This document shows positions 16,487 to 24,585 of a stretch of 25,669 bases of DNA, piece by piece. The notes under the pieces were generated by a model, which was not told the DNA's origin, ran no database searches, and saw nothing but the letters and a program-made list of their open reading frames with translations. The translations under genes were made by a program, and so were the position numbers. Position 1 is the first letter of the stretch; every line of letters begins with the position of its first letter. The DNA is from Terrimicrobiaceae bacterium (GTDB lineage: Bacteria; Verrucomicrobiota; Verrucomicrobiia; Chthoniobacterales; Terrimicrobiaceae): assembly GCA_041752695.1 (NCBI GenBank), contig JBGSVZ010000063.1:1-25669 (forward strand), given 5' to 3'.

Positions 16487-18256
16487 TCAAGGTGCCGGTG
16501 ACGGCTCCACGATTTCCAAGGCTGGCTTTGGCTTGGGCTGCTGCACGACCTTTTCCGCAACCTTGTCGAGCTTGGCCGCCACTGCCTTGTTTTCCGGATC
16601 GAGTTGGAGCGACTTTTGCCAATAGAGGGCCGCCTCAGACTTCTTCCCGAGCTTTTCGTAGGCATCGGCGATGTGTTCAAAAACCACCGCATCCGGCTCC
16701 TCAATCGCTTCGGCCGCGCGCAAAAGTTCGGTGAGGGCCTCCTGATATTTTCCCTGTTTGTAATACAGCCAGCCCAGACTATCGATGTAGGCTCCGTTGC
16801 CGGGTTCCAATTCGAGCGCCCGTTTGATGAGCTGGCCCGCTTCCTCGAGGTTGGTGTTCTGTTCGGTCCACATGTACCCGAGATAGTTGTACGCGCGGCC
16901 CGCGTCGGCGGGGTCGAGTTCGATGCATTTGCGAAAAAGCTCCGCCGCTTTGACGTATTGGCCGGCGCGTTCCGCCGCGGCTCCGTAGAAAAAGTAAAAA
17001 TCCGCGTTGAGCAGAGTGGGGTCACTGTTGGCCGACTCGACGAGGGCCGTCTCGAAAACCTTCATCGCCTCGTCGTGACGTTTCGCCTCACTGAGCGCAC
17101 GGGCGTGCAAAAAACTCAGCCGACTGGCCCGCGGGAACCGTTTCCGAGCGTCCGCCAGATGGTCCGCTGCCTCATCGAACCGCTTCAGATCGAAAAGCAA
17201 GCCGGCGACCGCCCCATACCGCTCGATGCGGTTGGGGTCCATCAAAAGTGCCTGACGGGCATTGGTCAGGGCCTTTTCGACGTCCCCGGCCTTGATATTG
17301 AGTTCTGCTAGCTGGTCGTAAGCGGCCCGGTTGAGTGGACTGAATTTCACCACCTCGTTCAAGGTCTCAATGGCCTCCGCGTTCCGTCCGGTCTCGACAT
17401 AACACGCCGCCAGTTTTTCGCGGGCCAGAGGGAAGGACGGCTTCACCTCCACCAATTTGCGGTAAAGCGGCAGGGCTTTCTCGATCTGACGGGCGAGCGA
17501 AAACAAATCGCCAGCCTTGCTAAGGACCTCGGGGTTCTCCGGAGCCAGCGACTCCGCCCTGCCCAGCAACGCCGAAAGCCGCTGAAGGTCCGGTTCGCTC
17601 AGCGTCGCGCCGGTCTTGAAAGGCTCGCGACTCACCGCCTCCGCCAGGGCCAGCCAGAATTTCGGGTCGGGACTTTTGGATTTTGCCGCCTTTTCCAGCA
17701 CCTGCTGGGCCTTGGTCATCTGGCCCTGCGATTGATAAATCTCACAGAGTGCACCGTAGGGCGGAAAGGCCCGGGGCGAGGCGTCCAGCGCAGTCTGGGC
17801 ATATTTAATCGCCATGTCCGGCTTCTGCAGATGACGCAGGTAGATGGACGACAGCGCAAGACAGGACGCCATGTCGCCCGGAACGGCTTTAATGGCATCC
17901 TTTAAAACAAAAATGGCCTCCGCCGTATCGCCACGGCGCAGGTAATCGTACGAAAGCTCGATCGCGAGCTGCGTGTTGGCGGGATCGAGCGAGAGCGACT
18001 TGCGTTTGCTCTCGAGCGCTTTTTCAGGACCTTCGCTCTCCTCTTCGAAGAGCCCAGTCATAAACCACGCCAGAGCGTCCGCCTTGCGCTGGCCGGAAGG
18101 CTCAAGCGCGGAGGCGGACTCCGGTATTTCGTCAGGCAACAAATCGGCAACGGCGGCCCGCGCGGAAAACGCGGCCAGTCCTCCAGCCATGGCGACAAAA
18201 AGGGCGGTCCGCCGGATTCTGCATCCAGCAGTCCCGTGGGTCCTTCTCCTGCTCAT
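16487..18256 (-). CDS. Exported tetratricopeptide-repeat protein
   Basis: Signal-like N-terminus, tandem TPRs, C-terminal AYNYLGYMW...ALELEPGNGAYIDSLGWLYY...EHIADAY typical of periplasmic TPR proteins. Confidence 0.9.
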   Translation of the reverse strand: MSRRRTHGTAGCRIRRTALFVAMAGGLAAFSARAAVADLLPDEIPESASALEPSGQRKADALAWFMTGLFEEESEGPEKALESKRKSLSLDPANTQLAIELSYDYLRRGDTAEAIFVLKDAIKAVPGDMASCLALSSIYLRHLQKPDMAIKYAQTALDASPRAFPPYGALCEIYQSQGQMTKAQQVLEKAAKSKSPDPKFWLALAEAVSREPFKTGATLSEPDLQRLSALLGRAESLAPENPEVLSKAGDLFSLARQIEKALPLYRKLVEVKPSFPLAREKLAACYVETGRNAEAIETLNEVVKFSPLNRAAYDQLAELNIKAGDVEKALTNARQALLMDPNRIERYGAVAGLLFDLKRFDEAADHLADARKRFPRASRLSFLHARALSEAKRHDEAMKVFETALVESANSDPTLLNADFYFFYGAAAERAGQYVKAAELFRKCIELDPADAGRAYNYLGYMWTEQNTNLEEAGQLIKRALELEPGNGAYIDSLGWLYYKQGKYQEALTELLRAAEAIEEPDAVVFEHIADAYEKLGKKSEAALYWQKSLQLDPENKAVAAKLDKVAEKVVQQPKPKPALEIVEPSPAP

Positions 18257-18273
18257 GGCGGAAACTGTATCCG

Positions 18274-18378
18274 TTACGACTTGTAGCGCAAACGCTTCTT
18301 GTGGCGATTTTCGCGCATGCGCTTGCGGCGCTTGTGCTTCGCGATCTTCGCCTTTCTTTTCTTTTTAAGTGAACCCAT
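18274..18378 (-). CDS. Small basic protein, AURKAIP1/COX24 (DUF1713) family, ribosomal protein bS22-like
   Basis: Manual translation: MGSLKKKRKAKIAKHKRRKRMRENRHKKRLRYKS* (34 aa). Fills the hisG-TPR gap on the same strand; below the ORF-track length cutoff. Confidence 0.88.
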   Translation of the reverse strand: MGSLKKKRKAKIAKHKRRKRMRENRHKKRLRYKS

Positions 18379-18404
18379 GAGAGAGTGAGATGAACTGAAC
18401 TGAA

Positions 18405-19283
18405 CTAATAAACGACTTTGTTGAGAGGATATTCGATAATCCCCTCCGCCCCGAGAGCTTTAAGCCTGGGGATGATCTCGCGGACGATCTTCTCTTCGAT
18501 GACCGTTTCGACAGCAACCCAACCAGGATGAGCCAGGGGCGAAACTGTAGGATTTCGGAGCGCGGGCAACGCCTCAAGCAAATTCTTCAAGTTTCCTTCG
18601 GGGAGGTTCATTTTCAACCCCACCAAATCGCGCGCCGCGAGGGCTCCCTTGAGCAAAAGCGCCAGAGTTTCCAGCTTTTCCCTCTTCCAGGAATCCTGCC
18701 AGGCAGACTGGTTGGCCACCAAAACGGGAAACGACTCCATGAGAGTCTCGACGATCCGCAGCTTGTTGGCGCGCAGGGAGGAACCGGTTTCCGTGATGTC
18801 AATGATGGCGTCCACCAAATCCGGCACCTTCACCTCGGTCGCCCCCCAGGAAAACTCGACCTCGACGTTGACTCCCGCCTTTTCAAAATATCGCCGCGCC
18901 ATGCCCACCGCTTCCGTGGCAACCCTCTTGCCTTCCAGATCCGCGAGAGATTGGATCGGCGAATCTTCGGGCACCACCAAGACCCAGCGCGTGGGACGGG
19001 AACTGACCTTGCTGAAGGGAAGAACCGTGATCTCATGAACGTCCGAGGCGTTCTCGGCCACCCAATCGCGGCCGGTCAGCCCGGCGTCAAGATAACCATG
19101 CTCCACATAGCGGCTGATTTCCTGCGCGCGCAGGAGGCGGAGCTGGAGTTCGGGATCGTCCACCGTCGGGCGGTAGGAGCGTTTTGATCCCGAGATGGCA
19201 AAACCGGCCTTGGCGAAAAGATCGAAGGTCGCGTCCATCAGACTGCCAGAGGGCAGGCCGAGAGTGAGTGTTTGGGATGACAT
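18405..19283 (-). CDS. hisG: ATP phosphoribosyltransferase (long form)
   Basis: LGLPSGSL, LDAGLTGRDW, SWGATEVK.P.LVDAIIDITETGSSLRANKL, and C-terminal regulatory domain ending LKALGAEGIIEYPLNKVVY. Confidence 0.96.
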   Translation of the reverse strand: MSSQTLTLGLPSGSLMDATFDLFAKAGFAISGSKRSYRPTVDDPELQLRLLRAQEISRYVEHGYLDAGLTGRDWVAENASDVHEITVLPFSKVSSRPTRWVLVVPEDSPIQSLADLEGKRVATEAVGMARRYFEKAGVNVEVEFSWGATEVKVPDLVDAIIDITETGSSLRANKLRIVETLMESFPVLVANQSAWQDSWKREKLETLALLLKGALAARDLVGLKMNLPEGNLKNLLEALPALRNPTVSPLAHPGWVAVETVIEEKIVREIIPRLKALGAEGIIEYPLNKVVY

Positions 19284-19362
19284 GCGGGGCGTGGATTAAC
19301 GGCCAGATGCCGCACGACGGCAAGGGGAAAAGCGGACACCCTCCCGTAGGCTCCCACCGCAA

Positions 19363-19827
19363 TCACGCATCCTTCCGCCGTCGCAACACCGTGAGTGTGG
19401 CAAAATAGGCGACAAGGGACCCGGGAGCGGAAAACAACAACGACCCAATCAACAAGGGCAGGCCGATGTGAAAAAACGTCGTCCATTTTAACATCTCCGC
19501 CGGATGGACGTGCGTGTGCAGGACTTCCAGCTTCGGCGGCAGGTGATGCGGATGGCTCAGCAACCAATACCCCAGATCATACTGCCAGCGCATGAAGATG
19601 GGGGCAAACGGGGTCAATACATCATGCAGCGACACCGCAACGACCGCCGCAATCGGATTGCACCGCAACGCATAAGCCAGCCCCAGGCAAAGCAACGTCT
19701 TGATCCCCCAAAGCGGCGTGAACCCGATAAAGATTCCAATCGCCACCCCTCCCGCAATCGCGTGCGGCGAATCCTTCAGCGTAAAGAGCTTTTTCCACAA
19801 CTGACGGAGATGATCAACCACCTTCAT
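19363..19827 (-). CDS. DUF2062 domain membrane protein
   Basis: DSPHAIAGGVAIGIFIGFTPLWG, RCN, Y.LG.WLL, PLLIGS. ATG at 19827. Confidence 0.88.
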   Translation of the reverse strand: MKVVDHLRQLWKKLFTLKDSPHAIAGGVAIGIFIGFTPLWGIKTLLCLGLAYALRCNPIAAVVAVSLHDVLTPFAPIFMRWQYDLGYWLLSHPHHLPPKLEVLHTHVHPAEMLKWTTFFHIGLPLLIGSLLFSAPGSLVAYFATLTVLRRRKDA

Positions 19828-19911
19828 TTTCTCCCGATCTTGACGCAAAATGCCAAAACGGAAATCCCAAATCCAACCCCTCCCATCCCGCTGCGCCCCG
19901 GCACGCCCCCG

Positions 19912-19947
19912 TTACAATAAATGTCCCAGGTGGGACATTTATTGTAA
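19912..19947. repeat. Perfect 36-bp palindrome (17-bp arms) with parS-like core
   Basis: TTACAATAAATGTCCCA-GG-TGGGACATTTATTGTAA. Central 16-mer TGTCCCAGGTGGGACA at 19922-19937. Confidence 0.85.
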
Positions 19948-20070
19948 AGACGGGACGAGGAGCTCTGGCGTCCGTGATGCGCTGTCCGGTGGAAGCAAGG
20001 TGGGTTGCTTCGGGATTGCCGAGTGGCATTCCTTGAATTCCCGAAATGGCAACGATACACTGACTCCTTA

Positions 20071-21069
20071 ATGATGGAGGCGGACTATGAACACGAGGAG
20101 AGCACTTCGAGTTTCTCGCGCTGGCTGATACCCGCTCTGGTGGTGTCTGTTCTTCTGCACGGGTATTTTCTGTATTGGGCGCACGGGTTCTCCCTCGCGG
20201 CGAACAGCCAGAAGGTGTACGACCGCCTCGTGCCGCGGACGTTTCACGTGGACCGGGTGGAGATTGACCAGAAGCTGCTTGAGCCGGAGCCCGCCGCTGA
20301 CAAACGTCCCGCCCTGGCCCCTGAAGCCGTCAGCCTTCCGCAGGAGAAGATGGCCTTCGAAAAACTGATGGCCGATAACAAAGGCGAGCCCGCCGCGCCG
20401 AAGATCGACCAGTCGTTTCTCTCCGACAAACCGACGGCCTCGTCGACGACGTTCGACAAAACCATGCAGACCGCGCAGCTCACCGGTGCGCAAAGTGCCT
20501 TGGAGGATCCCAAGGCGTTGCAGCAGGCGATATTGGGCGAACGCCCCGATGCCGGCAGCAAGCCCGTGGGCGATCTGCTCGCCCCGGATTCAATCACCGG
20601 GCGCGCCATCGTCAAAGCCGGCGCGCTCCGGGGCGGAGACACTCCGGGATTCAGCAATCTCGACGATTTGCTGGCACAGACCGGCCCGCTCAGCCCCGGC
20701 ACCGCGCCGATCCTGATGCCCAGCGACCTGCTCTTCAACTACGGAGCGTACAGCCTGGACGACCGCGCCCTGGCCGGTTTGCAAAAGCTGGGGCTGCTCA
20801 TCCGGCGCAATCCGCAGGCGGATTTTATCATTGAGGGCCACACCGATTCTTTCGGCACCGACGAATCCAATAGGGTTCTCAGTCAGGACCGCGCCACGAT
20901 GGTGAAAATTTGGCTGGTCCGCGAAATGCAGATTGCCCCTGGCCGCATCGAGACGCGTGGCTTTGGGGAGACCCGGCTCATTGCCCCGGGTTCGGGCACG
21001 GTGGAGGAACAACAGATTAACCGGCGGGTGGAGATTGTCATTCGCGACCGCTCCGCCAAGCCGCAATAA
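20071..21069 (+). CDS. Membrane-anchored OmpA/MotB-like peptidoglycan-binding domain protein
   Basis: N-terminal TM (LIPALVVSVLLHGYFLYW), Pro/Ala-rich linker, C-terminal IEGHTD...NRVLSQDRA...GFGETR...NRRVEI. Confidence 0.88.
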   Translation: MMEADYEHEESTSSFSRWLIPALVVSVLLHGYFLYWAHGFSLAANSQKVYDRLVPRTFHVDRVEIDQKLLEPEPAADKRPALAPEAVSLPQEKMAFEKLMADNKGEPAAPKIDQSFLSDKPTASSTTFDKTMQTAQLTGAQSALEDPKALQQAILGERPDAGSKPVGDLLAPDSITGRAIVKAGALRGGDTPGFSNLDDLLAQTGPLSPGTAPILMPSDLLFNYGAYSLDDRALAGLQKLGLLIRRNPQADFIIEGHTDSFGTDESNRVLSQDRATMVKIWLVREMQIAPGRIETRGFGETRLIAPGSGTVEEQQINRRVEIVIRDRSAKPQ

Positions 21070-21122
21070 ACGGGAACGCCGCCCGCACCTCAGACCCGCC
21101 GCCCGAATTTTATTCCCGTTTC

Positions 21123-23852
21123 ATGATCACGCCTAAGGAACGCGCCCTCGAACTTGCCGCCCGCGCCCTCCACGAAAAAGCCCGCAAAAAAGTCGGCCAG
21201 AGTGTCGAAATTTTCCGCGGCTTCCGCAAAATCGAGGAACACCGCCTGCGCATGTGGCACAAATCCGGGGGCGGCGGACGCGAAATCGCCCGCCAGCGCG
21301 CCGACTTGGTGGACATTCTTTTTCGCGAACTTTTCGATGGCATCTCGAGGGCGGTCGCTCCGAAGGGCCTTTCCGATCCGCTCCTCGTCCTTGCCACGGG
21401 CGGCTACGGTCGTCGCGAACTCACCCCGTGCAGCGACATCGACATCATGTTTTTGCTGCCGCGCGCCCAACCCTCGAAGCTGGCCGAGGAGGTCATCCGC
21501 CAGACGCTCACGGCGCTATGGGACATTGGCTACAAGGTGGGCCACGCCACGCGGTCCATTCCGCAGGCGGTCAAGCAGGCGAACGGCGACATGATCACCA
21601 AGACGGCCATGCTGGAGAGCCGATTTCTGACGGGCGCACGGGAAATCTATAACGATTTTAAAGAACGCTTCGAGCACGACTGCGTGAAAGGCCGCGAGGC
21701 CGAGTACATTGCCTGGCGCCTGGCCAATCAGGCCGAAATGCAGCTGAAATACGGCAGCAGCGTTTTCATGCAGGAGCCCAATGTGAAAAACGGGATGGGC
21801 GGCCTCCGCGACTACCAGAGCCTCCTCTGGATTGGATTTTTTCAGGAGCGTCTCAATACCACCGCGAAGCTGGTGGAAAAACGCCACCTGAGGGAAACCG
21901 AGCGCTCCGTTCTCGAAAAAGCCTACGATTTCCTCCTGCGCATTCGCACCGAAATGCAATACCTGACGCAGCGCCCGCAGGACGTGCTCACCCTTCAGCT
22001 CCAGGGCCGCGTGGCCACCAGTCTCGACTACCCGCAGCGCCACATCCTGCGCCGCGTGGAGGCTTTCATGCGGGAGTATTACATCCACACCCGCGACGTA
22101 CATCTCATCACGCAATCCGCCATTGAGCGGATGCATGTCGTCCCGGAAAAACCCGGCATTCTGGGGCTGCTTAAACCGCGCGCCGAAAAATTCGATGGAT
22201 TCATCGCCCGTGGTGGAAAGTTGTACCTCGAGTCCCGCGAAACCATCGCCGAAGACCATTACAGGCTCATCCGCGCCTTCCACCACGCTCAGGTACGGCA
22301 GCTGGATTTCAGTCCCGAACTTCGCGATGTCATCCGCCGCAAGCTCCGGCTGGTGGACCGCACCTTTCAATATGCCAGGGTCGCCCGCGAAACCTTCGTC
22401 GCCATCCTATCCCGCAAGGGTGAGGTCGGGCGCATCCTGCGCGAAATGCACGACCTCGGTTTTCTCGGCCGCTACATCCCGGAGTTTGGCTCGCTGACCT
22501 GCCTGGTTCAGCACGAGTTTTACCACCGCTACACCGCTGACGAACACACCCTCGTCTGTATCGAGAAACTCGACACCCTCCTCTTTGCCAGCGAGGAACG
22601 CTTCCGGGGCTACCGCGCCCTTTTTCAGAAGCTGGAAGATCCGGCGATGCTCTACCTGGCGCTGCTCCTGCACGATACGGGGAAGTCCGCCAACCAGCGC
22701 AATCACGAGGATGCCAGCGCCATGCTGGCGCAGAAGGTCGCCCGCCGCCTGCAGCTCTCGTCCGAACGCCGCCGCATGTTGATCATGCTGGTGAACTCGC
22801 ACTACGAACTCTCGTCGACCTCCCAGAAACGCAATCTCGACGATCCCGCCACGATCTCGGAATTCGCCGGCATCGTGAGCCATATTTCCCAACTCGACGC
22901 CCTCATGCTCCTCACCCTGGCCGATGGGATGGGCACCAGCGACCAAAACTGGTCGGACTGGAAAGAAGGACTCGTCTGGACCCTGTACCGCCGCACCCGC
23001 GATTATCTCGAAGGGGGCCCGACCACCCTGGCTCAGTATCAGAAAAACCGCGACGACCTGTTCGAGCACGCCTCGAAAAAACTCGCCCGCGACTACGGAG
23101 ACGAGATCGAGGCGCATTTCCAGCACATGCCGGAACGGTATTTCCAGACGTTCGATGGCGACCAGATCGCCGGGCACATCCGGCTCTTCCGTTCGTTTCT
23201 GGAATCGCACCTCGCCGCGACAGTCACTCCGCCCTACGCCCCGGCCTTCAAATGGATCGCCAAACCCGAACAGGGTCACAGCGAAGTCTGGGTCTGCGGG
23301 TGGGACCGTCCCCGCCTGCTCGAGCGCATCGCGGGAGCGTTCCTCTCCGCCCAGGTCAATATTCTCAGTGCCGATATCTTCACCCGCGGCGACAACCTGG
23401 CCCTGGATATTTTCCGCGTCTGCAACACCCAGTTTTCCCCGGTCACCAACGTCAAGGACATCGCCCGCGTGGAAACCCGGCTCAGCGACTCGCTCGCGGT
23501 GGAGGATTACGACTTTACGCCCCTGCTCAGCAAAGACGCCCGCTTGCGCTCCTACCGCATGTCGCAGGATGCGGAACTGCCGACCAAGATCACCATCGAA
23601 AACACCCTGCATCCGACGTTTACGGTCGTGGACATCCAAACCCCCGACCGCCTTGGCCTGCTCTACGACCTGCTCCGCGCCTTCGGCGAAGCTGGCGTGA
23701 ACATCGAACTCTCCCGTATCACCACCGAAATGGAAGTTGCGATGGACAGCTTTTACGTCACGGGCAAGGACGGCAAGAAACTCACGGACGAGACCACGAC
23801 CAAGCGCCTGCAACGCCTTCTCCAACGGGCCTCAAATCGCGCCATGCAGTGA
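21123..23852 (+). CDS. glnD: Bifunctional [protein-PII] uridylyltransferase / uridylyl-removing enzyme
   Basis: GGYGRRELTPCSDIDIMFL (nucleotidyltransferase), EPNVKNGMGGLRD, HRYTADEH...LLHDTGK (HD domain), two C-terminal ACT domains (DRPRLL, DRLGLL...DSFYV). Confidence 0.96.
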   Translation: MITPKERALELAARALHEKARKKVGQSVEIFRGFRKIEEHRLRMWHKSGGGGREIARQRADLVDILFRELFDGISRAVAPKGLSDPLLVLATGGYGRRELTPCSDIDIMFLLPRAQPSKLAEEVIRQTLTALWDIGYKVGHATRSIPQAVKQANGDMITKTAMLESRFLTGAREIYNDFKERFEHDCVKGREAEYIAWRLANQAEMQLKYGSSVFMQEPNVKNGMGGLRDYQSLLWIGFFQERLNTTAKLVEKRHLRETERSVLEKAYDFLLRIRTEMQYLTQRPQDVLTLQLQGRVATSLDYPQRHILRRVEAFMREYYIHTRDVHLITQSAIERMHVVPEKPGILGLLKPRAEKFDGFIARGGKLYLESRETIAEDHYRLIRAFHHAQVRQLDFSPELRDVIRRKLRLVDRTFQYARVARETFVAILSRKGEVGRILREMHDLGFLGRYIPEFGSLTCLVQHEFYHRYTADEHTLVCIEKLDTLLFASEERFRGYRALFQKLEDPAMLYLALLLHDTGKSANQRNHEDASAMLAQKVARRLQLSSERRRMLIMLVNSHYELSSTSQKRNLDDPATISEFAGIVSHISQLDALMLLTLADGMGTSDQNWSDWKEGLVWTLYRRTRDYLEGGPTTLAQYQKNRDDLFEHASKKLARDYGDEIEAHFQHMPERYFQTFDGDQIAGHIRLFRSFLESHLAATVTPPYAPAFKWIAKPEQGHSEVWVCGWDRPRLLERIAGAFLSAQVNILSADIFTRGDNLALDIFRVCNTQFSPVTNVKDIARVETRLSDSLAVEDYDFTPLLSKDARLRSYRMSQDAELPTKITIENTLHPTFTVVDIQTPDRLGLLYDLLRAFGEAGVNIELSRITTEMEVAMDSFYVTGKDGKKLTDETTTKRLQRLLQRASNRAMQ

Positions 23853-23865
23853 GGGAGGCGGCTCC

Positions 23866-23939
23866 AACTGTAGCCGCCCCGCTCCGTCGGGGCGCTTCGG
23901 CGACGAGGAGCACGGCGACGGAGCGCCGTGACTACAGTT
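23866..23939. repeat. REP doublet (REPIN-like), left flank of RAYT
   Basis: GTAGC-CGCCCCG-CTCCGT-CGGGGCG on + (23870-23894) and inverted GTAGT-CACGGCG-CTCCGT-CGCCGTG on - (23935-23911). Ends AACTGTAG/CTACAGTT are complementary. Confidence 0.88.
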
Positions 23940-23972
23940 TTTTTTGAGGAAACAACCACATCGATACGAGTT

Positions 23973-24452
23973 ATGTCCCCAGAAAAGCAACACCCCCGGC
24001 GCCCTCCCCGCCTGACATGGCTTTTCTCAAATATTCGCCCCTTTTATTTCGTCACGTTCAACACGTGGAACCGGAAACACATCCTCGCGAATGACGTGGT
24101 TCATGAAGAATTCCAAACCTTTTGCCAGAATGCTGGAAACCACGGCGTGTCTGTGGGGCGTTACGTCTTGATGCCGGATCATTTTCATCTCTTTGTGATG
24201 CTTTCCCAGGAAGGCATCCCTCTCTCCCAATGGGTGAGAACCTTGCGGACAGTAGTCGGCAAGAGACTCTTGCAACTCGGACACGACAAACCGCATTGGC
24301 AGGAAGGCTTTTTTGACCACGTGCTCCGAAGCTCGGAAAGTTACGCGCAGAAGTGGGACTATGTGCGGCTAAATCCTGTGCGAGCGGGTTTATGTGCCGA
24401 ATCTGAAAAATGGCCATACCAGGGAGAAATCGTCCCCATCGAATTTCGATGA
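23973..24452 (+). CDS. REP-associated tyrosine transposase (RAYT, Y1 HUH / IS200-like TnpA)
   Basis: FYFVTFNT, YVLMPDHFHL (HUH), WQEGFFDHVLR, YVRLNPVRAGL (catalytic Tyr), WPY. Visibly more AT-rich than neighbouring genes. ATG 23973. Confidence 0.93.
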   Translation: MSPEKQHPRRPPRLTWLFSNIRPFYFVTFNTWNRKHILANDVVHEEFQTFCQNAGNHGVSVGRYVLMPDHFHLFVMLSQEGIPLSQWVRTLRTVVGKRLLQLGHDKPHWQEGFFDHVLRSSESYAQKWDYVRLNPVRAGLCAESEKWPYQGEIVPIEFR

Positions 24453-24456
24453 ACCT

Positions 24457-24556
24457 AACTGTAGCCGCCCCACTTTGCCTTCGGCTATCTCCGCTGCGCT
24501 ACGGTTGTTGGGGTGCCGGACGACGGTGCGCACGGCGACGGAGCGCCGTGACTACA
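24457..24556. repeat. REP doublet (REPIN-like), right flank of RAYT, with nested insert in first REP
   Basis: Starts AACTGTAGCCGCCCC like the left copy. The last 27 nt (24530-24556) are identical to 23910-23936. About 30 extra nt at 24477-24506. Confidence 0.85.
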
Positions 24557-24585
24557 TCAATCACTCAACGAGCAAGCCACACCCC

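Larger units (their letters stand above)
23866..24556 (+). mobile_element. REPIN-RAYT-REPIN locus
   Basis: RAYT gene bracketed by two directly repeated GTAG-type REP doublets, between glnD and an ABC permease gene. Confidence 0.82.

Noticed and set aside
15841..17025. 394-aa extended pdxH ORF suggesting a fusion
   Set aside because: The extension overlaps the TPR gene in another frame; PdxH homology begins at ATG 16479, which has its own SD.
19912..19947. Palindrome as a dif site or intrinsic terminator
   Set aside because: No XerD-type arm or 11-6-11 asymmetry; it lies between divergent genes, has a 2-nt loop and no U tract.
20025..20040. TGGCATTCCTTGAA as a sigma54 promoter for the OmpA-domain gene or glnD
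   Set aside because: Spacing and the -12 element do not fit TGGCAC-N5-TTGC.
21068..21121. AAACGGGAA/TTCCCGTTT inverted repeat with internal CGCCGCCCG duplication before glnD
   Set aside because: Short arms with a long loop; compatible with chance in GC-rich DNA.
22407..23825. 472-aa minus-strand ORF and similar long antisense ORFs over galK, lpdA, the kinase and hisG
   Set aside because: Expected shadows of GC-rich, codon-biased genes; no independent motifs or starts.
23866..24556. Repeats read as a CRISPR array or as ends of a DDE insertion sequence
   Set aside because: Only two doublets separated by a gene, no spacer series or cas genes; the enzyme is HUH/Y1 type and no flanking target duplication is evident.
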